64,000 nucleotides of DNA from Burkholderiales bacterium (GTDB taxonomy: Bacteria; Pseudomonadota; Gammaproteobacteria; Burkholderiales; SG8-39), in contig DASRKB010000237.1 of assembly GCA_035649175.1 (NCBI GenBank), forward strand, positions 676 to 64,675, in the 5' to 3' direction. This document shows, in pieces, positions 63,999-64,000 of the stretch. Each line of letters starts with the position of its first letter. Positions within the stretch are counted from its first letter, which is position 1. The notes beneath the pieces were generated by a model. That model ran no database searches. It had not been told where the DNA came from and saw only the letters and a program-made list of their open reading frames with translations. Both the position numbers and the translations under genes were made by a program.

Positions 63999-64000
63999 GG

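Overview
High-GC bacterial chromosomal segment (GC judged by eye, not computed). It is very tightly packed. I support 52 protein-coding genes and found no rRNA, tRNA, CRISPR array, integrase, transposase or prophage signature. Most long track ORFs on the opposite strand or in 5' extensions are GC-driven shadow ORFs, so I trimmed or rejected them. Starts were placed using 20 four-nucleotide start/stop overlaps (ATGA, GTGA, one TTGA).

Layout, left to right:
- (1) A minus-strand run (9800 to 176). It holds a LivGFHM+binding-protein ABC importer, then acyl-CoA ligase, a membrane GGDEF diguanylate cyclase, enoyl-CoA hydratase, a MaoC dehydratase and a cyclase-family protein.
- (2) A divergent GntR regulator, then a beta-oxidation-like operon (FadB-like, thiolase, ketopantoate-reductase-like, CysK).
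- (3) A signalling block (30143 to 15963). It holds two orphan PF04392-type periplasmic binding proteins, a Cache-HAMP-2xGAF histidine kinase, a 3xPAS histidine kinase, a CheY-like receiver, a receiver-class III cyclase and a 1997-aa kinase with ten tandem GAF modules. A Crp-family regulator is divergent from it.
- (4) Divergent alcohol dehydrogenase and aldehyde dehydrogenase operons, each translationally coupled to another class III cyclase. One cyclase is a receiver-cyclase paralog followed by an MFS gene. The other is a membrane/2Fe-2S/cyclase fusion.
- (5) A stand-alone cNMP-binding protein coupled to an ABC-type protein with degenerate ATPase motifs and a duplicated helical subdomain. 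A metallo-beta-lactamase-fold hydrolase is divergent from it.
- (6) A DUF445 protein and a PAS-GAF-PAS-GGDEF protein.
- (7) A 10-gene gap-free minus-strand run joining six glycan-building genes to a YejFABE-like peptide-type ABC importer.
- (8) SDR, thioesterase and membrane proteins, a phnA-SDR-MFS trio, a Nu-class GST, an RDD protein and an NADP oxidoreductase.

The most interesting candidate is a cyclic-nucleotide signalling island at about 15.9-41.6 kb. It has three cyclases whose substrate-specifying residues are all non-canonical, two cNMP receptors, a candidate phosphodiesterase and a three-kinase input module. It also contains the unusual cNMP-receptor/pseudo-ABC pair. Any novelty claim here is inference, because I cannot run database searches.
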